Virus record (IMG/VR): IMGVR_UViG_3300023084_000004
Length of the DNA stretch: 64,000 nt
Source of the DNA: a virus
Strand: one strand, 5' to 3'
Shown: piece by piece, positions 1 through 9,032 of the stretch
Layout of the letters: each line of letters starts with the position of its first letter
How positions within the stretch are numbered: position 1 is the stretch's first letter
Translations under genes and position numbers: made by a program
The notes under the pieces: model-generated
Told to the model about the DNA's origin: nothing
Database searches by the model: none
What the model saw: only the letters and a program-made list of their open reading frames with translations

Positions 1-1
1 T

Positions 2-325
2 TTAGAAGGTTATGCTTTTGGAGCAGTTGGAAGAGTTTTCCAGATTGCAGAAAATGCAGGACTACTCAAGTATAAATTATGGGAACAAGAAATTATAGTA
101 GATATTTTTGCTCCAACAATGATAAAAAAATATGCTACTGATAAAGGTAATGCGAATAAAGAACTTATGGTTGAAGCATTTGAACGTGAAACAAAGGTTG
201 ACATTCGCGAGAAATGTGGTATAATAAACAAACAATGGAATCCTATAAGTGATATAGTTGATTCCTATTATATTGCAAAATTTGGATTTAAAGAAATTTT
301 TAATAATTTGGAAAAAGAACTATGA
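2..325 (+). CDS. RuvC-like Holliday junction resolvase (5'-truncated)
   Basis: Frame open from window start: LEGYAFGA..IAENAG..PTMIKKYATDKGNANKE..SDIVDSYYIA, matching RuvC-type motifs (EGY, K..ATG.GNA.K, D..D). Confidence 0.7.
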   Translation, partial: LEGYAFGAVGRVFQIAENAGLLKYKLWEQEIIVDIFAPTMIKKYATDKGNANKELMVEAFERETKVDIREKCGIINKQWNPISDIVDSYYIAKFGFKEIFNNLEKEL

Positions 326-975
326 TAGTAATTTTCAATGGCCCGCCCGGATCAGGTAAGGATGAAGCTGCTTCTTTATTTAAAGAAACATTTGGATTCC
401 AAAATCTGAGTTTTAAATATCAATTGTTTAAAGAAACAATTGCACACTTCGAAGTAGATAAAGAATGGTTTATGGAAGGTTATGATAACCGAGAAGTAAA
501 AGAAAAGAAAGAATTTGCTTTGAATGAAATGTCTCGAAGAGAAGCAATGATTCACGTGTCTGAAGATATTGTAAAACCTAAAAAAGGTTTAGATTATTTT
601 GGCCGTATGGTTGCTGAAGAAATTGAAGAAGGTAAACATTACGCAATTGCAGATGGTGGATTCGTAGAAGAGCTCGAACCTCTTATCGAAAAAGTAGGAG
701 CAGATAATATAGTACTCGTACAAATCACAAGAGAAGGACATGATTATTCAACAGATTCTAGAAGATATTTCAATGGAAGATTGTATAAAGAATTTACAAT
801 TGGACATGAAACACCAATTGATAATGCTTATGTTTTAGATGAGTCATTCGATATTAAAACATATAGGATTCACAATAATGGTACACTTCGTGGTTTTCGT
901 AATACACTTTTAAATATTTTTGGTGAATTAGACTTAGATAATGAATTCGAAACTCCAGAACATACCAAAGCCTAA
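322..975 (+). CDS. deoxynucleoside monophosphate kinase (T4 gp1-like)
   Basis: N-terminal P-loop GPPGSGKD, F..L motif, REAMIHVSE, DGGF..E. Confidence 0.75.
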   Translation: MIVIFNGPPGSGKDEAASLFKETFGFQNLSFKYQLFKETIAHFEVDKEWFMEGYDNREVKEKKEFALNEMSRREAMIHVSEDIVKPKKGLDYFGRMVAEEIEEGKHYAIADGGFVEELEPLIEKVGADNIVLVQITREGHDYSTDSRRYFNGRLYKEFTIGHETPIDNAYVLDESFDIKTYRIHNNGTLRGFRNTLLNIFGELDLDNEFETPEHTKA

Positions 976-1732
976 CGTAATTAATCTTAAAGAGTGTCCT
1001 GATAGAAAACGCTATACAATTTCTGAATGGGAAAAGTATGGCGGAGAAACTCTTGAGATACATTCTTATGATCGTTATGTAGAAGGTGAATCGATTCCTT
1101 TTGCTGGTGATGAAGAATTACTTAAAAAGGCAACAAAAGGTGTAGCATCTTCTCATTTACTTACAATTAAAAAGTGGTATGAGACTACGGATGAACCGTA
1201 TGGTATTTTTTTAGAAGATGATGTTGATTATTCAACTATCGAACATTGGAATTTTACTCTATCAGAGTTTATAGAAAAATGTAATGATTATGCATGGAGT
1301 GCTTTACAACTTGGATTAGTATTTGAATATCCGTATGACATATATCGCGAATATCCTCTTATGGCTCCAAGACGTAGAAATATATGGGATCATGGATTAC
1401 AATGTTATGTCCTAAAAAGAGAATGCGCTCAAAAGATAGTACAATTTTATTTTAGTTTTGAAGAAGCATTAACTGGAAAACAGGTGATTAACTATAGTAT
1501 GCCATTAAATGCACCCGATGCGTTTGAAAATAATGTATTACATGGATTTGGAAAGGTAATTGTGTTTCCTCTGTTCAATCATAATGTTACAGACTTTAGA
1601 TCAAAGAATATATATTATTACAATCAAATGGCTGCAAGTGCTATCTACTCTTATGAGTTTTTAAAGGACTGGTGGGAAAAGAAAGGAAGTTCAAAATCCT
1701 TAGAAGAAATTTTTGAAAATGCTCAATTATAA
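941..1732 (+). CDS. glycosyltransferase, GT25-like
   Basis: VINL..CPDR, G..SSH, IFLEDDV (EDD motif). Confidence 0.65.
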   Translation: MNSKLQNIPKPNVINLKECPDRKRYTISEWEKYGGETLEIHSYDRYVEGESIPFAGDEELLKKATKGVASSHLLTIKKWYETTDEPYGIFLEDDVDYSTIEHWNFTLSEFIEKCNDYAWSALQLGLVFEYPYDIYREYPLMAPRRRNIWDHGLQCYVLKRECAQKIVQFYFSFEEALTGKQVINYSMPLNAPDAFENNVLHGFGKVIVFPLFNHNVTDFRSKNIYYYNQMAASAIYSYEFLKDWWEKKGSSKSLEEIFENAQL

Positions 1733-1965
1733 TGGAGAAAAAAATGAATATTGATGAATTAACTAAACTAAAAGTAATATGGGAATTGATTGATGATCTT
1801 AAAGATCAAATTAAATTTCAAGCAAGTGGTCATATATACACGACTATTGGTGTACTAGAAAACGAAGCAAGTAAAGTAGAAAAAAATATTAAAGCTTCTT
1901 TGTCTCATAAAGATCCACATTTTGAAGATGCTGTTCAAAGCGTTGCTCCGGAGTTAGTACAATGA
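1732..1965 (+). CDS. hypothetical protein
   Basis: 77-aa ORF coupled to both neighbours by overlapping stop/start codons. Confidence 0.6.
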   Translation: MEKKMNIDELTKLKVIWELIDDLKDQIKFQASGHIYTTIGVLENEASKVEKNIKASLSHKDPHFEDAVQSVAPELVQ

Positions 1966-2936
1966 GTGTAGTATATAAAGGTGAAATAATTAACTCTGAA
2001 ATCTCAAAGAATTCTAAAGGCGGAACTGAGATGATGCGTCAACGTTTAGTTGACAATGTTGATAAAGATCTTTTAAATCAAGTTGCTATTCATTTATCAA
2101 GACCACGTCAAGATTACGAAGATGTTCCTAATATTATGTGGTGCCATGATTTAGCAGAAGATCCTGAAAATAAAATTTTAGAGAATGGAGAATGGAATAA
2201 ATTTGATCATTTTGTTTTTGTAACTGCTTGGCAAAGAGATCAATATATTATTAGATATGGTATTCCATATAGTAAATGTTCGGTTATCCATAACGCAGTA
2301 GAAAAAGAATACAGTCCTACTGAAAAAGATATGGAAACTATTCGATTTGTTTATCATACTACACCACACCGTGGATTAGAACTTGTTGTTCCAATCTTTG
2401 ATGCTTTATGTAATGATTTCGACAACATTCATTTAGATGTATATAGTTCATTCGATATTTACGGTTGGCCACAAAGAGATGAGCCTTATTCTGGCTTATT
2501 TAAAAATATTGAAGCTCATGAAAAAATGACTTATCATGGTGCTGTTTCAAACGAAGAAGTTTTAGAAGCATTAAGTAAGTCTCATATTTTTATGTATCCT
2601 AACATTTGGAAAGAAACATCTTGTATTGCATTGATTGAAGCAATTAAATCACAGATGATCTGTATTCATCCAAATTATGGTGCATTACCAGAAACATCTT
2701 CAAATGCAACAATTATGTATGACTTTAATGAAAATAATCAAGCACATGCAAACTATTGTTATGCAGTCACAAAACAGGTGCTAAATAGTATGAAACAAGA
2801 TCCAAACTATTTTCACGGGTTTACTTTTTCAGATCGTTTTAACTTAGCTCGAAACAATATCGCTTCGTTTAAAGTTATGTGGGAAACGCTCTTAAGGAAT
2901 ATTATTCATGTCAAAGGACAAGAAGAAACCAAATAA
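1962..2936 (+). CDS. glycosyltransferase, GT4/GT-B fold
   Basis: GGTE, WCHD, YHTTPHRGLE, YPNIWKETSCIALIEA (EX7E motif), GALPE. Confidence 0.8.
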   Translation: MSVVYKGEIINSEISKNSKGGTEMMRQRLVDNVDKDLLNQVAIHLSRPRQDYEDVPNIMWCHDLAEDPENKILENGEWNKFDHFVFVTAWQRDQYIIRYGIPYSKCSVIHNAVEKEYSPTEKDMETIRFVYHTTPHRGLELVVPIFDALCNDFDNIHLDVYSSFDIYGWPQRDEPYSGLFKNIEAHEKMTYHGAVSNEEVLEALSKSHIFMYPNIWKETSCIALIEAIKSQMICIHPNYGALPETSSNATIMYDFNENNQAHANYCYAVTKQVLNSMKQDPNYFHGFTFSDRFNLARNNIASFKVMWETLLRNIIHVKGQEETK

Positions 2937-3306
2937 CGTTATAGAATTTCCTAAAATACATATTGATAATCCTCCTCTATCTCCTGAAGATGTTCAAGAT
3001 AGATTATTGAGATACAAAGAAAGTTATTCTACAGAATTAGCAGAAATACTATGGGAAAATGTACTAGGAGAAATGACACGATCCGGATGTGATTTTGATT
3101 CAGACATGGATAAGTATTTTCCAAGTATGATATTAGTATTCGAATCTATTAAATCACTTCATTCATTAACTATGGGCTTAGATCATCCTCTACAAAGGTT
3201 TGCAGAAGAAAATGTTGTCGTTATCGATAGTAATGAAATGCAAACTATGGGTGGTTTGAAAAAAGATTTGAAAAAAACAGTTGACAATGACGAAGAAATA
3301 GATTAA
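2908..3306 (+). CDS. hypothetical protein
   Basis: 132-aa ORF with N-terminal NVIEFP motif, in operon orientation. Confidence 0.6.
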   Translation: MSKDKKKPNNVIEFPKIHIDNPPLSPEDVQDRLLRYKESYSTELAEILWENVLGEMTRSGCDFDSDMDKYFPSMILVFESIKSLHSLTMGLDHPLQRFAEENVVVIDSNEMQTMGGLKKDLKKTVDNDEEID

Positions 3307-3309
3307 AAT
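3281..3309 (+). promoter_or_regulatory. sigma70-type promoter upstream of rnh
   Basis: TTGACA-N17-TAAAAT. Confidence 0.6.
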
Positions 3310-3339
3310 ATACTATTAAATTAAATTTGGACTTAAATT

Positions 3340-4197
3340 ATGATATTAGTTGACTACAATCAGATGATGCTTTCATCATTGTTTGCTCAGATTGGAAACC
3401 ATACTGACATTGATTTAGATGAAAATCTACTTCGTCATATGTTTCTAAACTCACTTCGTTTCAATAGGAAAAAATTCTATGAAGAATATGGTGAGATTGT
3501 AATATGCGCAGACAATAAAAATGTATGGAGACGTGATTATTTTCCGTATTATAAAGCAAATCGTAAAAAAAATCGAGATGAATCCGAAATGGATTGGAAC
3601 AAACTCTTTGAGTGTGTTCATAAAATACGTGATGAACTTGCTGAACACTTTCCTTATAAAGTACTTTATATAGATCGTTGTGAAGCCGATGACATTATTG
3701 CTACAATTGTTCATTCAGAAGGTCAGTTGCTTTATGGTGGTGGCGAAAAAATCTTAATCCTATCAGGAGATAAAGATTTTATGCAATTACATACATACGC
3801 AAATGTTGACCAATATAACCCAACTATGAAAAGATGGGTACGAACAGATGATCCTAATAAATATTTACAAGAACATATATTGAAAGGTGATGTAGGTGAC
3901 GGTATTCCAAATATTCTTAGTGCTGATAATTGTCTTGCTATTGGTGAACGCCAAAGGCCATTAACTAAGAAAAAGATTACTGCTTTTACTACTGAACCTT
4001 CATCTATGGACGAAGAAACAAAGTTACGTTTTAATCGTAATAAAAAGATGATTGATCTAGGTGAAATTCCACAAGAATACAAAGATAAAATTCTAGAGGA
4101 ATATCGTAAAGATAGTCCTGTAGGTAGAGAACATCTTTTTAATTTTTTCGTAAAAGCAAAATTGAAGAACTTAATTACTGATATACAGGATTTTTAA
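3340..4197 (+). CDS. rnh: T4-type RNase H (5'-3' exonuclease/flap nuclease)
   Basis: MILVD, YKANRKK, CEADDIIA, SGDKDF.QL, GDVGDGIPNI. Confidence 0.92.
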   Translation: MILVDYNQMMLSSLFAQIGNHTDIDLDENLLRHMFLNSLRFNRKKFYEEYGEIVICADNKNVWRRDYFPYYKANRKKNRDESEMDWNKLFECVHKIRDELAEHFPYKVLYIDRCEADDIIATIVHSEGQLLYGGGEKILILSGDKDFMQLHTYANVDQYNPTMKRWVRTDDPNKYLQEHILKGDVGDGIPNILSADNCLAIGERQRPLTKKKITAFTTEPSSMDEETKLRFNRNKKMIDLGEIPQEYKDKILEEYRKDSPVGREHLFNFFVKAKLKNLITDIQDF

Positions 4198-4198
4198 A

Positions 4199-4636
4199 AT
4201 GGCAATTAAATTATCAATTTCTGAGATTGTAACAAAATGCTCAGAATTTAAATCAAAAAAAGAAAAAATAGAATGGCTTCAAAAAAATGATGCAGTTCCA
4301 CTTCGTACAGTATTGAGACTCATTTATGATCAAGATATAGAGTTTTTAATACCTGACACACCACCTCCTTGGAAGAAAAATAACTATCCAGACGCTACAA
4401 CTATGCTTTATAGAGAAGCTCGTCGTCTCAAAATTTTCTTTAAGGGTGGAGGATATGACAACTTACAACAGGTAAAAAGAGAATCATTATTCATTTCTTT
4501 ACTAGAAGATATTGAAGATAATGATGCTGATCTTTTAGCAAATCATATGATTTCTCATACTCCAGTTAAAGGTGTTACTCGAAAAACTATAGAAGAAGCA
4601 TTTCCTACTTTATTCACTGACCCGTTACGGGTTTAA
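4199..4636 (+). CDS. conserved T4-like phage hypothetical protein
   Basis: LIPDTPPPW, L..EARRL..F.KGG, RE.LFI.LLE pattern recalled from T4-like phages next to rnh. Confidence 0.6.
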   Translation: MAIKLSISEIVTKCSEFKSKKEKIEWLQKNDAVPLRTVLRLIYDQDIEFLIPDTPPPWKKNNYPDATTMLYREARRLKIFFKGGGYDNLQQVKRESLFISLLEDIEDNDADLLANHMISHTPVKGVTRKTIEEAFPTLFTDPLRV

Positions 4637-4666
4637 CTTCCACTAGACAAAAGGACGATATGGTAA

Positions 4667-4840
4667 ATGTCACGCAAGAGATTTCGATCCTTCCGCGATA
4701 AGAATATGGACGAATGGAGTGAATACTCCAAAAGAGAAGACCGCAGGTCTGAGCGCAAGAAAAAGAATCGAAGAACTACACGAAAAGATCGTTTAAACGA
4801 AAAGTTTAAAAACTTTAAAGCTTGGAAAAATGATGAATAA
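4667..4840 (+). CDS. 57-aa highly basic protein (not in ORF track)
   Basis: MSRKRFRSFRDK...KAWKNDE, 23/57 K+R; fills the gap before the next promoter; AAGGA upstream. Confidence 0.65.
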   Translation: MSRKRFRSFRDKNMDEWSEYSKREDRRSERKKKNRRTTRKDRLNEKFKNFKAWKNDE

Positions 4841-4844
4841 ACTG

Positions 4845-4873
4845 TTGACATACTGAAAAAAGTGTGTTATAAT
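4845..4873 (+). promoter_or_regulatory. sigma70-type promoter with extended -10
   Basis: TTGACA-N17-TATAAT, with TG one base before the -10. Confidence 0.85.
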
Positions 4874-4896
4874 ATGTTTTTAAATGATGAAATGTT

Positions 4897-5496
4897 ATGA
4901 GTACGTGGAGAAATATGGAATTAAGTGACAAGGTTATCCTTGTAGATTGTGATGGTGTTTTACTTGATTGGGAGTATAGCTTTTACAAATTTATGATTAG
5001 TAAAGGATATACAGTTAAAGAAGCAGGACATTATAAAATCAATGAAAGCTTTGGTATTCCATACGATGAAGGTAAAAGATTAATTACTCACTTTAATGAA
5101 AGTGCTAACATTGGTTTCTTATATCCTTTTAGAGATGCCGTTAAATATGTAAGAAAGCTTCATGAAGAACATGGGTACATATTTCATTGTATTACCTCAT
5201 TATCCACTGATCCGTTTGCTAAAAAACTTAGAATTCAAAACCTTGAAAATGTGTTTGGAAAAGGCATATTTGAAGAAGTGGTCTGTCTAGGTTGCGGAGA
5301 CGATAAAGATGAGGCTTTAGAGCCTTACAGAGACACTGGATGTTTTTGGATAGAGGATAAACCAGCAAACGCAGAACTAGGCCTCAGATTAGGTCTGGTG
5401 CCCTTTTTAATTGAACATGAACACAATAAAGATTACGTAAATGATAATTTTCAGAAAGTTAAAACCTGGAAAGAAATTTACGAATTTGTTGTATAA
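4897..5496 (+). CDS. HAD-family 5'(3')-deoxyribonucleotidase-like phosphatase
   Basis: DCDGVLLDW (DxD motif I), ITSLS, K, WIEDK (motif IV). Confidence 0.8.
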   Translation: MSTWRNMELSDKVILVDCDGVLLDWEYSFYKFMISKGYTVKEAGHYKINESFGIPYDEGKRLITHFNESANIGFLYPFRDAVKYVRKLHEEHGYIFHCITSLSTDPFAKKLRIQNLENVFGKGIFEEVVCLGCGDDKDEALEPYRDTGCFWIEDKPANAELGLRLGLVPFLIEHEHNKDYVNDNFQKVKTWKEIYEFVV

Positions 5497-5499
5497 ATA
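5492..5499 (+). promoter_or_regulatory. T4-type late promoter
   Basis: TATAAATA about 30 nt upstream of the 5529 ORF. Confidence 0.65.
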
Positions 5500-5528
5500 A
5501 AGATATGATAGATTGGAATATTTAATTA

Positions 5529-5771
5529 ATGCCAACATACGAATTCAAAGACACCAATACAGGTGAAATCTTCGAGAAGATCCTCAAAATCTCGGAGCGA
5601 GAATCCTTCCTCGAAAAAAACCCTCATTTAAAACAAATTATTAGCGGACAAACTGTGATTGAGTCTGCGCGTCTTGGTCGTATGAAACCCGACCAAGGCT
5701 TTCGTGATTTGCTTTCTGATATGAAAAACAATAAAAGCTATACAGGAAATAAAATCAACGATTGGAAGTAA
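5529..5771 (+). CDS. FmdB-like small regulatory protein (Cys-less)
   Basis: MPTYEF.D..TGE.FE N-terminus. Confidence 0.6.
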   Translation: MPTYEFKDTNTGEIFEKILKISERESFLEKNPHLKQIISGQTVIESARLGRMKPDQGFRDLLSDMKNNKSYTGNKINDWK

Positions 5772-5812
5772 CTCGTATATTATGATGTTGATTTGCCATA
5801 AGGAGGTTATAT

Positions 5813-6583
5813 ATGTCGAAACAACGTCGTATTTCTCAGAAGGAGAGACGAAGATTAGAACGTGAAGTGAGATCTGGAACATTAAATTCCAAGTTTAGTA
5901 TGAGGCCTATCAAACCAATTACAATCACACAAGAAGATATGTTTGATTCATATCGTGCAGGATATAATATTGCTGCAATTGGTACAGCTGGAACAGGTAA
6001 AACTATGTGCGCTATGTACTTAGGATTAAAGGATGTTCTTGAATCAGAAAAATACGAACAACTTATTATCGTTCGTTCTGCTGTACAAACAAGAGAACAA
6101 GGGTTCATGCCAGGAACTCAAGCTCAAAAAGAAGCAGTATATTCTACACCATACGCAGACATTACATGTGATTTATTTGGTAGAGGAGATGCTTGGGAAA
6201 TCCTAAAGCAAAAAAGGCAGGTTAAATTTATGACGTCTTCCTTTGTGAGAGGATTAACATTTGACAACTCTATTATTGTAGTTGATGAATGTCAATCTAT
6301 GACGTATCATGAACTTGATAGTATCATAACAAGAGTAGGAGAATCATCAAAGATTATATTCTGTGGAGATACTAAACAAGATGACTTAGCTGGTTCGAGA
6401 AATCGAAACGATGTTTCCGGCCTAGGTGGTTTTATAGATGTTATTAATAGAATGCATAAGTCTTTTAGGACTATAACATTTACAACAGATGACATTGTAA
6501 GATCAGGTCTAGTTAAAGAATATATAATAGCAAAGGAGACAATTAACACAAAAGGTTATGTTCCACAATTTGCTGTAGCATAA
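5813..6583 (+). CDS. phoH: PhoH-family ATPase
   Basis: GTAGTGKT, R.AV..RE.GF.PG, F.RGLTF, VDECQ, TR.GE.SK..FCGD..Q.D. Confidence 0.93.
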   Translation: MSKQRRISQKERRRLEREVRSGTLNSKFSMRPIKPITITQEDMFDSYRAGYNIAAIGTAGTGKTMCAMYLGLKDVLESEKYEQLIIVRSAVQTREQGFMPGTQAQKEAVYSTPYADITCDLFGRGDAWEILKQKRQVKFMTSSFVRGLTFDNSIIVVDECQSMTYHELDSIITRVGESSKIIFCGDTKQDDLAGSRNRNDVSGLGGFIDVINRMHKSFRTITFTTDDIVRSGLVKEYIIAKETINTKGYVPQFAVA

Positions 6584-6596
6584 CATAGGGGGAGAG

Positions 6597-6625
6597 TGGC
6601 GGAGTCCATCTCCGCCATTTCTTTT
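6597..6625 (+). terminator. intrinsic terminator
   Basis: TGGCGGAG-tccat-CTCCGCCA followed by TTTCTTTT. Confidence 0.8.
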
Positions 6626-6639
6626 ATAGAGATAATATT

Positions 6640-6891
6640 ATGACACAAGAAATTCAAGATTACAAACTCAATTGGTTAAGGAAATCCTCTTATAGAGTAA
6701 AACTTCCTAAAGACCAAAATTCACAAGAGTGCTTAGCCTGGTGCACAGACACGCTCGAAGAAAAAGTATGGGATTATTCTTTAAATCCAGAAAATGAACA
6801 ATATACATTTTTCTTTAATTCACCATCATTAGCTGAAAGATTTAAATCAACATTCAAAAATGGAGATACACGAACAGTCGATTTAGCTTAA
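6640..6891 (+). CDS. hypothetical protein
   Basis: 83-aa ORF with GAGA upstream. Confidence 0.6.
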   Translation: MTQEIQDYKLNWLRKSSYRVKLPKDQNSQECLAWCTDTLEEKVWDYSLNPENEQYTFFFNSPSLAERFKSTFKNGDTRTVDLA

Positions 6892-6913
6892 ACCTTTCCA
6901 AGGAAACTATATT

Positions 6914-7603
6914 ATGTTATTTGAACACTACGATCATCAGATCGAATTACCACCACTTACAAGAAAAACTACAGAAAATGGAAGAAGATATTTTACACCA
7001 ACAGGTGAAGCGTATCCTTCTGTAACCACTGTTTTAGGAATCTTAGGTAAAGCGTCATTAATGGCGTGGCGCAAAAGAGTTGGAGAAGAAGAAGCTAATC
7101 GTATTAGTTCTCAGGCAGCACGACGCGGTACAGCGGTTCATAAACTTTGTGAAAACTATTTAGATAATAAAGAAGATTATAAAGATGGTCAACAACCTGC
7201 AAATATCTTCATGTTTAATACAATTAAACCAGTATTAGACAAAAAGATAAATAATATATGGTTCCAGGAAGCTTTTCTCTATAGTGATGAATTACAAACT
7301 GCGGGCCAGGTAGATTGTATTGCAGAATACGATGGTAAACTGTCAGTGATTGATTTTAAAACATCGAGAAAGTTAAAATCAGTCGAACATATTCAAAATT
7401 ACTTTATGCAGGTTTCTTTTTATGCAAAAGCATTTGAAGAAAGAACAGGACAAGCAATACATCAAGGTGTTGTACTTATCGGTGTTGATGATGCTGAACC
7501 TCAAGAGTTTTTTATTGATCCCGATGATTACATCGAACACTTTAAAGCTGTAAGGGAGACATATAAAACTCTATATGAAAAAGACACGGTACATAATAAT
7601 TGA
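6914..7603 (+). CDS. PD-(D/E)XK exonuclease (Cas4-like phage exonuclease)
   Basis: YPSVTTVL, RGT.VH, AGQVDC, IDFKTS, Q..FYA. Confidence 0.85.
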   Translation: MLFEHYDHQIELPPLTRKTTENGRRYFTPTGEAYPSVTTVLGILGKASLMAWRKRVGEEEANRISSQAARRGTAVHKLCENYLDNKEDYKDGQQPANIFMFNTIKPVLDKKINNIWFQEAFLYSDELQTAGQVDCIAEYDGKLSVIDFKTSRKLKSVEHIQNYFMQVSFYAKAFEERTGQAIHQGVVLIGVDDAEPQEFFIDPDDYIEHFKAVRETYKTLYEKDTVHNN

Positions 7604-7922
7604 TAAAGATATGGGTGTCTTTTTAGGTACCTATGATGGTGCCTCATTAGGACAACATGACGATAATAGAATCTATGCATGCTTTGCTGCAAACAATCCA
7701 TTTGGATTGACAACAGCATGTTCTTTTAAAAGTGATAGAGCAGCAAATTTTTATATAAGAGATATGTTTCATGAAACAAAAAGAAGCGATCTTATAACAG
7801 TACCAGTTGAATGTGATACAGAATTTCCATCTGTAATTGATATAATCAAAGCAGGACATGCAGATAAAGTGCATGATATGTCAGATACTTTATTTGAAAT
7901 GGGTAACCAAACAGTTCATTAA
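7575..7922 (+). CDS. hypothetical protein
   Basis: 115-aa ORF overlapping the exonuclease end. Confidence 0.6.
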   Translation: MKKTRYIIIDKDMGVFLGTYDGASLGQHDDNRIYACFAANNPFGLTTACSFKSDRAANFYIRDMFHETKRSDLITVPVECDTEFPSVIDIIKAGHADKVHDMSDTLFEMGNQTVH

Positions 7923-7966
7923 AAAAACAGTTGACATTTACGAAGAACTGTGATAATATAAGAAAA

Positions 7967-8497
7967 ATGACAGATAAAAAATTAATTAGTGAAGCTCTCA
8001 TGTTTGCGGTAAAAGCACATGGAGATCAAAGAAGAAAATACACAGGTGAACCTTATATCGTTCATCCAGTTGGTGTCGCGAAAATTATAGAAGATTCCGT
8101 AGAACATACAACTGAAATGATAGTAGCAGCTTTACTTCATGATGTAGTAGAAGATACTGCAGTTACTTTCTCAGATATATCAGAAAAGTTCGGTACAAAA
8201 GTAGCTGAACTTGTCCACTATCTCACAAACGTCTCAGAAAAAGAAGATGGTAATCGTGCATTTCGAAAGAAAATGGATGCAGATCATTTTGCTTTGGGAC
8301 CAGCTGAGAGTCAAACTATAAAGGTCGCAGACCTTATTCATAACAGTGAAACGATCATCCCTCATGATCAAAAATTCTTTCACAAAGCATATAAACACGA
8401 AAAACAATACCTTTTAAGTGTATTGACAAAAGCAGACCCAATTTTATTGGATAGAGCACAAACAATCCTTTCAGATGCCTGGGATCCAGCAAATTAG
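7967..8497 (+). CDS. RelA/SpoT-type HD-domain hydrolase (small alarmone hydrolase/Mesh1-like)
   Basis: AH..Q.RK.TGEPY..HP..V, ALLHDVVEDT, FG..VA.LV..LT, IK.AD..HN. ATG 7967 preferred: the track's TTG start at 7931 lies in the -35 box TTGACA. Confidence 0.85.
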   Translation: MTDKKLISEALMFAVKAHGDQRRKYTGEPYIVHPVGVAKIIEDSVEHTTEMIVAALLHDVVEDTAVTFSDISEKFGTKVAELVHYLTNVSEKEDGNRAFRKKMDADHFALGPAESQTIKVADLIHNSETIIPHDQKFFHKAYKHEKQYLLSVLTKADPILLDRAQTILSDAWDPAN

Positions 8498-8525
8498 TCA
8501 AAAAACCTTAAAATAAATTAGTAAT

Positions 8526-8569
8526 AAAATCAATAACTTAGATATGTGTGTTTCTAAGTGGTTGATTTT
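8526..8569. promoter_or_regulatory. inverted pair of IHF-consensus sites
   Basis: AAAATCAATAACTTAGA-N10-TCTAAGTGGTTGATTTT; both arms fit WATCAANNNNTTR. Confidence 0.55.
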
Positions 8570-8581
8570 AAAAGGAAAAAT

Positions 8582-8658
8582 AATTGAACTTTTTTCACAA
8601 AAAGGGTTGACATTTGCTTTGAGATGATGTACAATAGCTACATAAATTAGGAAAAGGA
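8582..8658 (+). repeat. 77-bp promoter/RBS cassette, copy 1 (identical to 11846-11922)
   Basis: Contains TTGACA(8607)-N17-TACAAT and AGGAAAAGGA. Confidence 0.9.
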
Positions 8659-8665
8659 ATAAATT

Positions 8666-9031
8666 ATGAAAACATTTACAGTAAAGCAGATCAAGTTCAA
8701 CGAAGTAGAATCTGAGTATCCTAACGAGTTTGGTTGGGACGGTGCTGTTGCTCGTTCAGAGAAGTGGAGAGCAAAGATGGACTACATGCACTTTCAGGCA
8801 GATGAAGGTGATGTGTTCAAAGTAGAGGACATTGATCTGTACAACGATACGTTCCTAGTACAAGCAGAAGATTTGGACCATGTGTTCCATCTGACTAATG
8901 TGTGGAACGATATGGATAAAGTTCACATGTATGAGCAAGGTCATTCAACAAGTGTTGGTGACCTGATTGTTGATAACGATAGTGGCGATACATTTATGGT
9001 CGCTAGCTTTGGTTTTGATAAGGTAGCTTAA
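8666..9031 (+). CDS. hypothetical early protein with YodL-like C-terminal motif
   Basis: L..VF..TN ... HSTSVGDLIV...F.V..FGF. Confidence 0.5.
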   Translation: MKTFTVKQIKFNEVESEYPNEFGWDGAVARSEKWRAKMDYMHFQADEGDVFKVEDIDLYNDTFLVQAEDLDHVFHLTNVWNDMDKVHMYEQGHSTSVGDLIVDNDSGDTFMVASFGFDKVA

Positions 9032-9032
9032 T

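Noticed and set aside
6914-7603. Cas4-like nuclease as a sign of CRISPR
   Set aside because: No repeat-spacer array or other cas genes in the window; it is an ordinary phage exonuclease. The promoter repeats have gene-sized, irregular spacing
8584-8599. CRP site in the promoter cassette, which would link the cyclase to early genes
   Set aside because: Only the TCACA half matches (the other half is 2/5), and the centre at about -50 fits neither class I nor class II spacing
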